From Octopus sinensis (Eukaryota): a stretch of DNA of 64,000 nucleotides. Below the pieces are notes generated by a model. That model saw only the letters and a program-made list of their open reading frames with translations, was not told where the DNA came from and searched no databases. Shown piece by piece: positions 11,603-22,462 of the stretch. The stretch is taken from the NCBI RefSeq assembly GCF_006345805.1, contig NC_042998.1, forward strand, positions 26,226,001 through 26,290,000. Direction: 5' to 3'. Numbering within the stretch: the first letter of the stretch is position 1; each line of letters begins with the position of its first letter. The position numbers and the translations under genes are program-made.

Positions 11603-12369
11603 TAACACCATTTAATCAAAATCTCTAGTTTCTAACATGAACGGGAGATTTATATTTAAGAGTTAATTTAACACAAGGCTTTTTTGAAAAGTAACCGAGA
11701 GAGAAATCATATCATTCATTACTACTTTGATATTAATAATAACATTCATGAACTGAAAAATTCTGATAGTCAAAACCAAATCACAGATTCAAGCAAGTTG
11801 TTGGAACTTGCTCATATTCTTCTAAATTATGGAAAAAATTGAATGAAGACATAGTGGTGAAGCTGGAATGAATCTAGGCATGTTTCAACTTAGTAACATT
11901 CTATAATAAAATATTAGGAAGAAATCCAATTTAGAAGAAAAAGAAACAAAAATGCTGGAAGGAGTATAAATTAGGTAAGGAACAGTGCATATATTTGAAT
12001 AAAACCATATAAATTGAAAACAATAGTTTTGGAAAATAGAAAATTTAGAAGTTTCAGTTATAAATGAAGTTAAGGTGTACTAGTTAAAACCTACATGAAG
12101 TCATACAATGCTCTCGCCTCACAGCTGAGCAACATATTACTTGAAGGCACCATACTTAATTAGACAATAAATAAATGAATAAAAGTACTTTCAGCTTATG
12201 CTAGCAAAGTAACTTTTCTGTTCAGTAAAGTTAACAGAACTAAAAATGTTAGTGTGCCATGGAAAAAGAGAGAATTCTGAAGTTAGTGTTTGTATGATTA
12301 ATGCAGAACATCTGAGCTTTAGACAGCAGGCATTGGTGTAGTTGTTGCTGTTGTTTGTTTGTTTGCTGA

Positions 12370-12727
12370 GTGAAGCGGTCTTCATCCCAGAGCTTGCAAG
12401 ATCGCACCTCGTGGTCCTTTGCTATTCGTAAGACCCACAGAAGAGAAAGCAGGTCAACCCCCGACACCGAGAGCATCGATGGATGGCTGAATGCACATCC
12501 AGGCTCAGCAGTTGCATAGGAAGTCGGGGACAAGAAACAGGAAGAAAGAGTGAGAGAAAGTTGGGGGCGAAAGAGTACACCAGGGGTCGCCACCACCCAC
12601 TGCCGGAGCCTCGTAGAGCTTTAGGTGTTTTCGCTCAATAAACACACACAACACCCGGTCTGGGAATTGAAACCGCGATCCTCCGACCGCGAGTCCAATT
12701 CCCTAACCACTGGGCCATTGCGTCTCC
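12370..12727 (-). mobile_element. SINE family E head with an alternative 3' tail
   Basis: 12530-12727 matches the 5' part of 21969-22361; 12370-12530 is unrelated to the usual E tail and is followed by (CAAA/CAA)n. Confidence 0.8.
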
Positions 12728-12883
12728 ACTTGTAGTTGTTGTTCCTGCTGGTGTTGTTGTTATCTAGGCTCAGGTTAGCTCTGGATCAAAGACGTTCCAG
12801 CCATAACCACCCCCTCTTTTCTCCACATATAATGTAGCAAGTTCACATCCTCTAAGGTGCCCCTATATATTTTTTTTTGTTAG

Positions 12884-13179
12884 ATAATAGGATAGGATTA
12901 ACAATAACTTTGCCTGTTATTTCAAGAACACTGAGTGCCTGCATAGAGGCAGCTAACCACCATTGGCTCGATCAGACAATAGCTACAATCATGTGTAGGA
13001 TGGATGCAACTATCTATCAATTCCATCTGCTAATTATACAGGCACTTCTCACCTACACAATGTCATATCAGTTTCCTTTGTCTGGCTGTTTGGATAAAAA
13101 GAAACGCTATGGAGCACAAAAGGCAGACATCAGTTTATTTTCTGTCTTAGAAAAAATTCTTATGTCTATCATCAAATAG
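12884..13179 (+). pseudogene. Probable CR1/L2-type reverse transcriptase fossil
   Basis: ITLPVISRTL, YQFH..IQALL, LDKKKRYGAQKADIS..SV resemble RT blocks RPISLLPVISKIL, QYGFR..ALL, LD....AVFLDISKAFDSV in the same order. Confidence 0.45.
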
Positions 13180-13371
13180 CACTTAGAGAAGAAAAATGGG
13201 AGAAGATTAGTCAAAATTTATGAGGAGTGAATCAGAGTTATTTGATGTGCATTGAATTTTGGCCATCTATTTTTTTTTCCCCCCATATAATGGAAAGAGT
13301 ATAATTTTAAGGCTGAGTCTCAGTTTATTCAATATCCATACACCTATTCTATTATGGCAGCAAGTTAGCAG

Positions 13372-13570
13372 AATAATTTGCCCATCACACAAAATGCTTC
13401 GCAGCATTTCCTCTGGTTCTTTATAAGCTGAGTTCAAATGCCACTGAGGTCTATTTTGCTTTTCATCATTTCAGGGTAGATAGAATAAGTATATGAAGAA
13501 CTGGGGTTGATATAATCAATTAACCCCATCTCATTAGAATTGCTGGCCTTGTGTCAAAAGTTGAAATTAT
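13372..13570 (+). mobile_element. SINE family B, diverged
   Basis: CTGAGTTCAAAT..GAGGTCTATTTTGCTTTTCATC core; GGCCTTGTGTC tail. Confidence 0.7.
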
Positions 13571-13600
13571 TATTATTTTATTATTATATTATTATTATTA

Positions 13601-13631
<31 letters not shown>

Positions 13632-13730
13632 TCATTTTAATTATTATTATTATTATTATTTTATTATTATTATTATTATTATTATTTAATTATTATTATT
13701 ATTATATATTTTTATTATTATTATTATTAA
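13566..13730. repeat. (ATT)n microsatellite
   Basis: Direct reading. Confidence 0.95.
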
Positions 13731-15580
13731 GTGCTACACCCTAGCAGTGGAGGGAACCTGTGGAAGAGGTAGACCCGGAAAACCTGGGACGAGGTGGTGA
13801 AGCACGACCTTCGAACTTTAGGTCTCACTAAGGAAATGTCTAGAGACCGAGACCTATGGAAGTATGCTGTGCATGAGAAGACCCCGCAAGACTAGTCAGA
13901 GCCATAACCCGTGGCCCGACCTGGGACGTAGTCAGTCCTGTGCATACCTTCCTTCTTGTGACACTTATGAAGACCTGTTGAGGCAAGTGAAAATCAAATC
14001 AAATCAAAACAAATCAAAATAGATGAACATCAGTGGAATTGTATTCTTTGTGGTACCAGTGCCGTGGCACACAAGAAACCACCAAACGTGGCCGTACCAG
14101 TACCGCCGACTCGACTGGCCTCCGTGCTGTGGGCACAACAAACACCATCCGATCGTGGCCGTTCGCCAGCCTCATCTGGCACCTGTGCCGGTGGCACATA
14201 AAGACACCATCCGAAGACCCGGCGACGTAGTCAGTCCACCTGTGCAACCTTCCCTCTTATGACACTTGTGAAGACCTGTTGAGGCAAGTGTGTGACACTT
14301 GTGAAGACCTGTTGAGGCAAGTGAAAATCAAACCAAATCAAAATAGATGAATATCAATGGAATTTGTATCTTTGTGGTTCCAGTACCGGTGGCACACAAG
14401 AAAACCATCCGAAGTGGCCGTAGCTGGTACCGCATCGACTGGCCTCCGTGCTGTGGGCACAACAAACACCATCTGATCGTGGCCGTTCGCCAGCCTCACC
14501 TGGCACCTGTGTCGGTGGCACATAAAAACACCATCCAAAGACCCGGCGACGTAGTCAGTCCACCTGTGCATACCTTCCCTCTTATGACACTTGTGAAGAC
14601 CTGTTGAGGCAGAGGCAAGTGTGTGACACTTTGTGAAGACCTGTTGAGGCAGAGGCAAGTGTGTGACACTTGTGGAGACCTGTTGAGGCAAGTGTGTGAC
14701 ACGCGTGACACTTGTGAAGACCTGTTGAGGCAAGTGAAAATCAACCAACAAAAATAGATGAACATCAATGGAATTTGTATCTTTGTGGTTCCAGTACCGG
14801 TGGCACACAAGAAAACCATCCGATCGTGGCCGTTCGCCAGCCACATCTAGCACCTGTGTCGGTGGCACATAAAGACACCATCCGAAGACCCGGCGACGTA
14901 GACAGTCCACCTGTGCATACCTTCCTTCTTGTGACACTTGTGAAGACCTGTTGAGGCAAGTGACACTTGTGAAGACCTGTTGAGGCAAGTGAAAATCAAA
15001 TCAAATCAAAACAAATCAAAAGATGAACATAAATGCAATTTGTATCTTTGTGGTACCAGTGCCGGTGGCACACAAGAAAATCATCCGAACGTGGCCGTAG
15101 CCAGTACCGCTAGACTGGCCTCCGTGCTTTGGGGACGTAACAAACCCATCCGATCGTGGCCGTCCGCCAGCCTCATCTGGCACCTGTGTCGGTGGCACAT
15201 AAAAACACCATCCGAGCGTGGCCGTCTGCCAGCCTCGTCTGGCACCTGCCAGCCTCATCTGGCACCTGTGTCGGTGGCACATAAAAACACCATCCGAGCG
15301 TGGCCGTCTGCCAGCCTCGTCTGGCACCTGTGTCGGTGGCACATAAAAACACCATCCGAGCGTGGCCGTTCGCCAGCCTCGTCTGGCACCTGTGTCGGTG
15401 GCACATAAAATCACCCACTACACTCTCGGAGTGGTTGGCGTTAGGAAGGGCATCCAGTGTAGAAACACTGCCAATCTGACTGGCCTGGTGCAGCCTTCGG
15501 GCTCCCCAGACCCCAGTTGAACCGTCCAACCCATGCTAGCATGGAAAACGGACGCTAAATGATGATGATGATGATGATGA
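13730..15580 (+). mobile_element. 5'-truncated RTE LINE: ORF C-terminus plus tandemly amplified 3' UTR and (GAT)n tail
   Basis: 13730-13895 encodes, across a frameshift, CYTLAVEGTCGRGRP/KTWDEVVKHDLRTLGLTKEMSRDRDLWKYAV, a typical RTE C-terminus (RGRP..W....D...L...DR..W); continues into four UTR units and the family C end. Confidence 0.85.
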
Positions 15581-15627
15581 TTATTATTATTATTATTATT
15601 ATTTTAATTATTATTATTATTATTATT

Positions 15628-16730
15628 CAATAGTCTTATTTTTATCACATGCTTTCACTGCACTACTGAGCACAGCTGTATGCCTTGGGTATGTATGCCT
15701 TGGGTATGTGCTGTGGTTTGTTGTGATGCTCTTATTTTTACTGTATTGAAAATATTTTACGTAGGATGTGTGTGGTGCCTAGTAGTGCTATTTTCTATAT
15801 ATTATATATACTTGTTAGTCCTGGTGTTTTTGTTATGTATTTGTCTGAATATTTTTTATCATACCTAATGCGCCCACTATGATAGGAATTGTTTCTGTTT
15901 TTAGGCTCCACATTCGAGTTACCTCTATTTCCAGATCTTTGTATTTTGAAATTTACTCTGTTTCTTTTAGAGAAACTTTGTCATCTGTTGGTATTGAAAC
16001 ATCGATTAGAAAGCATTTTTTTTTTCTTGGTGATCTCTGACAACTATATCTGGCCTATTGGCCTTAATTTCTCCATCTGCGTGTATTAGCATATCCCAGA
16101 GTATGGTTGCTTTCTCATTTTCTGTGACCTTTTCTGGCGTGTGCTTATACCATCTTTTTTCTGTTGTTATTTTATAGTGTTGGCATAGCTTCCAGCATAT
16201 ATAGGTCCCAACTTTGTCGTGTCTGTGAATATATTCCTTCTTAGCCAGGACTAGACAGCTAGAGACAATATGGTTTATTGTTTTCTTTTCAGTCTCCACA
16301 TATTCTACAGTTATTTGTTATGTTTCTTTCCATTACATATTTTTGGAAATTGCTGGCGGGGGAGGCTTTGGTTTTTGTGCTGCAATTAAAAATCCTTCAG
16401 TCTCTGCTTGAGTCCCGAGCTTCTCAGATTCTTGGGATTTTGCTTTGTCTATATCTTTTGCATTTAGTCAACCCAATATTTGCCATGAAGGGGCTTTTCT
16501 TGCCATCGTCTTATCATGAGCTGTTGCTGTTCCAGTTTTAGTTTCAATTTCAGTTGTATAATAGCTTTTGTTGTTTCTTCTTTTTCTCCATAGTTATTAG
16601 GTACTATGAATTCTTTTTTGTATTTTTCAGCTTCCTTAAAGACTGAAAACAGTTTTTTGTTTTCTTTGTGTTTTGTGGCTATTTGTATTAGTTTCCCTTA
16701 CTTCTGAAGTAGGTATTTCTGTAGATGTTA
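15628..16730 (-). mobile_element. 5'-truncated R4/Dong-clade (REL endonuclease) LINE with (TAA)n tail
   Basis: ETEKKTINHIVSSC..KEYIHRHDKV..WY..WD..IKANRPDIVV..FLIDVSIP..KYKDL..PIIVGALG..KIALLGTTHILRK; stops and frameshifts present. Confidence 0.85.
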
Positions 16731-16859
16731 AGCAATGATGATGATGATATATATATATATATATATAATAAATTAATAAATAAATAAAACATATGCATAT
16801 ATACATACATATATGTACGTACCTACCTCTACATGTATATATACATGCATATATGGGTA

Positions 16860-17200
16860 CAGGACACCAAAAAAAACGTCGAACACAATGAGAAACGAAA
16901 ACATAAACACAAAACCAAGGAAATGGACATTTTTCTTAAACAACGAAAAATTAGAGTACAGGACATACAAAACGAGGAAAATTCCCCTTCTTCAGTCGCC
17001 TTTGTTTCATCTACTCCACGTTTCGAAGGTCAAGGTGATACATGACTTTAATGAAACAATCCTTCCCGCGAAAATCAAATTAAATAAAATTTGAGATTTT
17101 TTTGCGGAGGGGTAAAAATGGTAACAAAAACAGGACAGTAATGACAGTACAAAATATAAACAGTAAAAGACAGGACAAGGAGAATAACAGTAACACAAAC
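16860..17200. repeat. Unclassified interspersed repeat, possibly Penelope-like
   Basis: Starts after (TA)n tract, A-rich, contains CTTCTTCAG and GTTTCGAAGG motifs; no ORF. Confidence 0.3.
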
Positions 17201-17236
17201 AAGTATATATATCATGTCATGTATATATATATACAT

Positions 17237-17388
17237 GACAGGCTTCTTTCAATTTCTGTTATCACATCTACTCACAAGGCTTTGGTCAACTTGAGACCAA
17301 AGGAGACATTTGTCCAAGGTGCCACACAGTGGGACTGAACCCAGAACCATGTGAGTGGAAGCAAACTTCTTACCACACAGTCATGCTG
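17237..17388 (-). mobile_element. SINE family A, 5' half
   Basis: CCAAGGTGCCACACAGTGGGACTGAACCC. Confidence 0.8.
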
Positions 17389-17833
17389 CATGAGGAGGAA
17401 AAGTATAGCAAAGTGGTACTAATATCAATGGTATTGGTTATAGACACATATATTACAAACTAATTGTGTGGTCGCACAATTTCAAAGTAAACCACTGAAT
17501 TGGTAGGGATATTAGAATCTGAAATAACATACCTTGTGGTATTTATACTGACTCTCTGCTCTCTGAGTTCAAATTTGTCTTTTGTCATTCCAGTATCAGT
17601 AAAGTACCAAGGGCAGTGGAATAACAGAAGCATTAGAGCATTAAACAAAATGCCTTGTGTTATTTCTTCTTAATCGCTACATTCTGGGTTCAAATTTTAT
17701 CAATGTCAACTTTGCCTTTCATTTTTTGGGGGTTGATAAAATAAAGTATCAGTCGTGTACTGGGGTCAATGACTTTAACTAGTCCCTTCTCTTCAAAACT
17801 GCTGGCCACTTCTCAGTGACTGGGTTCAAGTCC

Positions 17834-17860
17834 TATCTATCTATCTATCTATCTATCTAC

Positions 17861-17907
<47 letters not shown>

Positions 17908-17930
17908 CACCTACCTACCTACCTATCTAG
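17834..17930. repeat. (TCTA)n/(CCTA)n microsatellite
   Basis: Direct reading. Confidence 0.95.
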
Positions 17931-19029
17931 TTATCCTTTGAAATTGTCAACAGTTTGCTGTGAAAAGGGTCTTGTGCTATCACAAACAACATTTCAGTCA
18001 TCACCAGAAAGAGTGAAGGGTTGAGTAAGGATCTAGGAACCCCTCCTCATAGATAAACTGATATGTTACCTGAATCAATGAAACACAAGTCAATGTGTTA
18101 TACAGCAGGGAATAGAAATACAGAAGATATTTCATAACACCATAGTTTGTCCTATATTTTTAACCTGAATTATTTTGAAATAATTATCAATTCCAGATAA
18201 TTTTCTATTTCATTTAGAATTACTCAAATATTTCTGAATACCATACATGGAATCCATTTCAATTATGAAGTACAGTAATTCTTTGATATACTGTCACTTC
18301 ATTTTAAAATCTTTGCATTATAGATTAAACTTATATAGATCAGTTTTTTGGTCGTTTTTTTACAAGTATTTAACATTCTTGGGGTTTCTTTTTTTTTTTT
18401 TTTTCTATATCTTGTAAATCATTACAGTAATTAGAAAAGGGAAGAAAATTACTTTTGAATTAACCATTGATTATGTTTCCAACATTAGTGTCTCCTGAAA
18501 ATGTGCCAATCAGCCTTATTGGAATAAACCATCTGATCAAGGCAAAATTGTATAATATTGAAATTAAAACTTAACTGAATTATTATTCCATTGACGTGAC
18601 TGCATACATAATTGTATGAGTTTTCACATCGTTCAAGATATTTATTATCAAATGCCAAGATTAAAGTATCCTTATTGTAACACAAAAATACATGTCATTT
18701 CTGTTGTTTTTGTTATGCCTGGAGGAAGGAACTGTAACCATAGTAACCGTAGGCCTCTCACAAATATTTTTATAACATCTTTATTTCATTTCATTTTCTT
18801 ATACAACTCTATTTATGCATAACTTTATAATTTTGACTGAAATTCATTAATTATCTATGTCCTGTTGTAATGAGATTTTAAAGATACTGAAATGCAAATT
18901 TAATGATCTGTAAGGACACAGTATTTTGTTATGCAATCATGATACACTACAAAGTATAGTAAACGATTTTACAAACCAATACTGTGTTCTTCTGTGTTAG
19001 CAGTGCTTTGTACATCACTTACTCTGTTT

Positions 19030-19640
19030 TTTTTTTTACTTGTTTCAGTCATTTGACTGCGACCATGCTGGAGCACCACATTTAGTCGAGCAAATCGACC
19101 CAGGACTTATTCTTTGTAAGCTTAGTATTTATTCTATCAATCTCTTTTGGCAAACCGCTAAGTTACGGGGATGTAAACACACCAAGCGATGTTGGGGGGG
19201 GGGACAAACATAGATACACAAACATATACATACACATACATATATCATCATCATCATCATCATCATCGTTTAACGCCCGTTTTCCATGCTAGCATGGGTT
19301 AGACGGTTCGTCCGGGATCTGGGAAGCCAGAAGGCTGCACCAGGCTCCAGTCTGATCTGGCAGTGTTTCTACAGCTGGATGCCCTTCCTAATGCTAACCA
19401 CTCATTGAGTGTAGTGGGTGCATTTTACATGCCACAACCGCACAGGGGCCAGAGGAGGCTGGCAAACGGCCATGATCGGTTGGTGCTTTTTACGTGTCAC
19501 CGGCACAGATGCCAGTCAAGGTGGCACTGGCATCGGCCACGTTTGGATGATGCTTTTTACATGCCACCAGCACGGGTATCACAACTACAATTTCCATTTG
19601 ATTTATATACATATATACGACGGGTTTCTTTCAGTTTTAC
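19030..19640 (-). mobile_element. SINE family A interrupted by a family C insertion (19243-19600)
   Basis: A 3' half ends at the microsatellite (19240), A sequence resumes at ATATACGACGGGTTTCTTTCAG (19612). Confidence 0.8.
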
Positions 19641-19687
19641 TAAACAGAAAAAAAAGATGATGTGTCATGTGAATCTACAAAATATTA

Positions 19688-19890
19688 CAAAGTTGTGCTG
19701 AAAAGTTCTTGATTTTGGGATAAAAAGAAAATACAGGAGGATCAGATAATTATGACTTTATTCAACATATTCCCCTCTGAGATTCACACACTTATTGCAA
19801 TAGTCCTTCAGTTTTTCTTAGCCTGGTTAAAAATCTCAAAAGTTTGGGCCTCCAACCAGACCTTTCACAATACCCTTATAGCCAGGATTG
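19688..19890. mobile_element. Mariner-type MITE remnant
   Basis: GTGCTGAAAAGTTCTTG..TTATGACTTTATTCAACATA is shared with 43858-43930. Confidence 0.45.
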
Positions 19891-20054
19891 CATGGAGAGC
19901 AACTCTACTGTAAAACAGATGTTGGTTTGATCCTAACTGATCAAAGCTTGACTAATTGAAAGGAACTTCACCAGGGGAAAATAGTTGGATATATAAATAA
20001 TAATCTGGTGAAAGTGAAATTTGAAAAAGCTTAATGTATGTAAAAAAAAACTGG

Positions 20055-20350
20055 CATTCCGTCAGGTTACAATGACGAGGGTTCCAGTTGATCCAATAAA
20101 TGGAGCAGCTTGCTCATGAAATTAACATGCAAGTGGCTGAGAACTCCACAGACACACGTACTGGGAACTTCAGCATGATGCAGAATGTGACAAAGCTGGC
20201 CCTTTTGAAATACAGGTACAACTCATTTTTAACAGCTGAGTGGACTGGAGCAACATGAAATAAAGTGTCTTGCTCAAGGACACAACTCATCTCCGGGAAT
20301 TGAACTCATGACCTTACATTTGTGAGCTAAATACCCTAACCACTAAGCCA
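20055..20350 (-). mobile_element. SINE with D-type head and E-type tail
   Basis: TGTGTCCTTGAGCAAGACAC block joined at TGTACCTGTATTTCAAA to the E tail; matches 47487 and 58190. Confidence 0.8.
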
Positions 20351-21266
20351 TGTGTTTTCACTGTATGAAAAGGCAATAGAAAACAACAACAGCTACAAAA
20401 CAAAATTAAAAACCCATTAAAACTAATGCAGTATGCAGTAATTTTTTTATTGTCTCTGTAAGTATGCTGGTCGTACAAGGACAGTGTAAATAATTACTGC
20501 TATTAAAAGCCACATATCAAGTGCTCTGAAGATAGCATCACCGATATTTAAAATAAAATAAGTTGCTTATTTTATTTTTCAGCTTGACAGAATGTTAGGC
20601 TGAAAAAGCGAATAGAGGAAGACTCACAAAAGAAAGAAAACATACACAACAAATAAAAAAAAAGAAAACAAACAATGATATCTTAAATACCATTCATACT
20701 TTATTTGCATGTGTTTCTCTATTTTTTTCTTTCTTTTTCTTTTTTTATTTTTTTTCAACATTTTTCTGAATATCCCCCAATGAGATTAGAAATAATGATC
20801 CTTGCAATATGAGAAGTATCACATATTTAGTAAATATATTAAACATAATCTTTAAAAGAACTAAAGAAACGAGATATCCTACTGATCTGCAACTTCAAGG
20901 ATTTGTTGCATCCTTTGTTCTGCTGACCAGCAAGCTAGTCTTCAAACTAAAATCAATAAAGTAATTAATATTCTCAACACCTTTACAGTTGAAGTCAAAT
21001 ACTGTGTGAAGTTTTCTCTTACCCAATTATCTGACTCAACTAGTTATAACATTTTTTTTTCCCCTTCTCTCCTATGATAACTTAGAAAGTTTGAGCTGAA
21101 GCCATCATGATTTTCTTTTAGCTTTTGCTTCGATGGATTAATGATTACAGTTTTTCTCAGTTTTCTTTTCATTCTGTATATATTTTTCTCTCTTGTGGAT
21201 GTTGAGTACTCATTCTATAATTTGTAAAAATAATGCTACTTTTATGATATTAATATACAAATACAT

Positions 21267-21730
21267 AGGCGCAGGAGTAGCCATGTGGCAAGTAGCTTGC
21301 CTACCAACCACATGGTTCCGGGTTCAGTCCCACTGCATGGCACCTTGGGCAAGTGTCTTCTACTATAGTCTCAGGCCAACCAGGGCCTTGTGAGTGGATT
21401 TGATAGACGGAAACTGAAAGAAGCCCGTTGTAAACGATGATGATGATGATGATGATATATCATCATCATCATCATCATCGTCGTTTAGCGTCCGTTTTCC
21501 ATGCTATATTTATATATATGTATATATTTGTATGTGTGTCTGTGTTTGTCCTTCAACCATCGCTTGACAACCGATGTTGGTGTGTTTATGTCCCTGTAAC
21601 TTAGTGGTTTGGCAAAAGAGACTGATAGGGTAAATACTAGACTTTCAAAGAATAAGTCCTCGGGTCAATTTGTTCAATTAAAGGAGGTGCTCTAGTAAAG
21701 CCGCAGTCAAATGACTGAAACAAATACAAA
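21267..21730 (+). mobile_element. SINE family A with inverted family C tail stubs inside
   Basis: A head and tail intact; 21432-21505 is (GAT)n/(CAT)n insertion. Confidence 0.85.
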
Positions 21731-21793
21731 GAATGTATGTCTGTGTACATGTATGTATATGTACATGCATGAGCATGTGTGCATGTGGCTGAA

Positions 21794-22462
21794 TGTGTAT
21801 AAGTTAATTAATTGTTTGTATGTCAATTAATGCACTAGTTTGATTTCATATTCACCAGAATTTGGAAAACAAAAAAAAGTTGGTTGACATAAAATTATCT
21901 CTACCAAGTCAAAATAAATATGATTGACTGTGTATAAGTTAATTAATTGTTTGTATGTCAATTAATTGTGGAGGCGCAATGGCCCAGTGAGTAGGGCAGC
22001 GGACTCGCGGTCGTAGGATCGCGGTTTCGATTCCCAGACTGGGCGTTGTGAGTGTTTATTGAGCGAAAACACCTAAAGCTCCAAAGGCCCGGCAGGGGAT
22101 GGTGGTGTTCCTGCTGTACTCTTTCACCACCACACTTTCTCTCACTCTTACTTCCTGTTTCTGTTGTACCTGTATTTCAAAGGGCCGGCCTTGTCACTCT
22201 CTGTGTCACGCTGAATATCCCCGAGAACTACGTTAAGGGTACACGTGTCTGTGGAGTGCTCAGCCACTTACACGTTAATTTTACGAGCAGGCTGTTCCGT
22301 TGATTTGGATCAACCGGAACCCTCATCGTCGTGTAACCGACGGAGTGCTTCCATCCATTCCATGTCAATTAATGCACTAGTCTGATTTCATATTCACCAG
22401 AATTTGGAAAACAAAAAAAAGTTGGTTGACATAAAATTATCTCTACCAAGTCAAAATAAATA
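21794..22462 (+). repeat. 135-bp tandem duplication; second copy split by SINE E
   Basis: Unit starts 21794 and 21929; second copy resumes at 22362. Confidence 0.85.
21969..22361 (+). mobile_element. SINE family E, full length with 12-bp TSD
   Basis: tRNA-like head GGAGGCGCAATGGCCCAGTG..GGTTTCGATTCCCAG; TSD ATGTCAATTAAT at 21955-21966 and 22362-22373. Confidence 0.9.

Noticed and set aside
14580-14740. 27-30-bp repeats resembling a CRISPR array
   Set aside because: Units are directly tandem with no unique spacers, lie in an RTE 3' UTR, and no cas genes are present.
14014-15529. ORFs of 64-216 aa over the tandem array, and recurrent ORFs such as MLGGQTQTH.. and ..LQLDALPNANHS..
   Set aside because: They recur in every repeat copy in varying frames and lie in non-coding SINE or UTR sequence.
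20551-20579. 13-bp perfect hairpin AAAATAAAATAAG-TTG-CTTATTTTATTTT
   Set aside because: Low-complexity A/T sequence; expected by chance at this composition.
21969-22045. tRNA-like sequences at SINE heads (also 2695, 4919, 7728, 24573)
   Set aside because: A/B boxes are present but acceptor stems do not close, and each continues into a multicopy SINE body; not tRNA genes.
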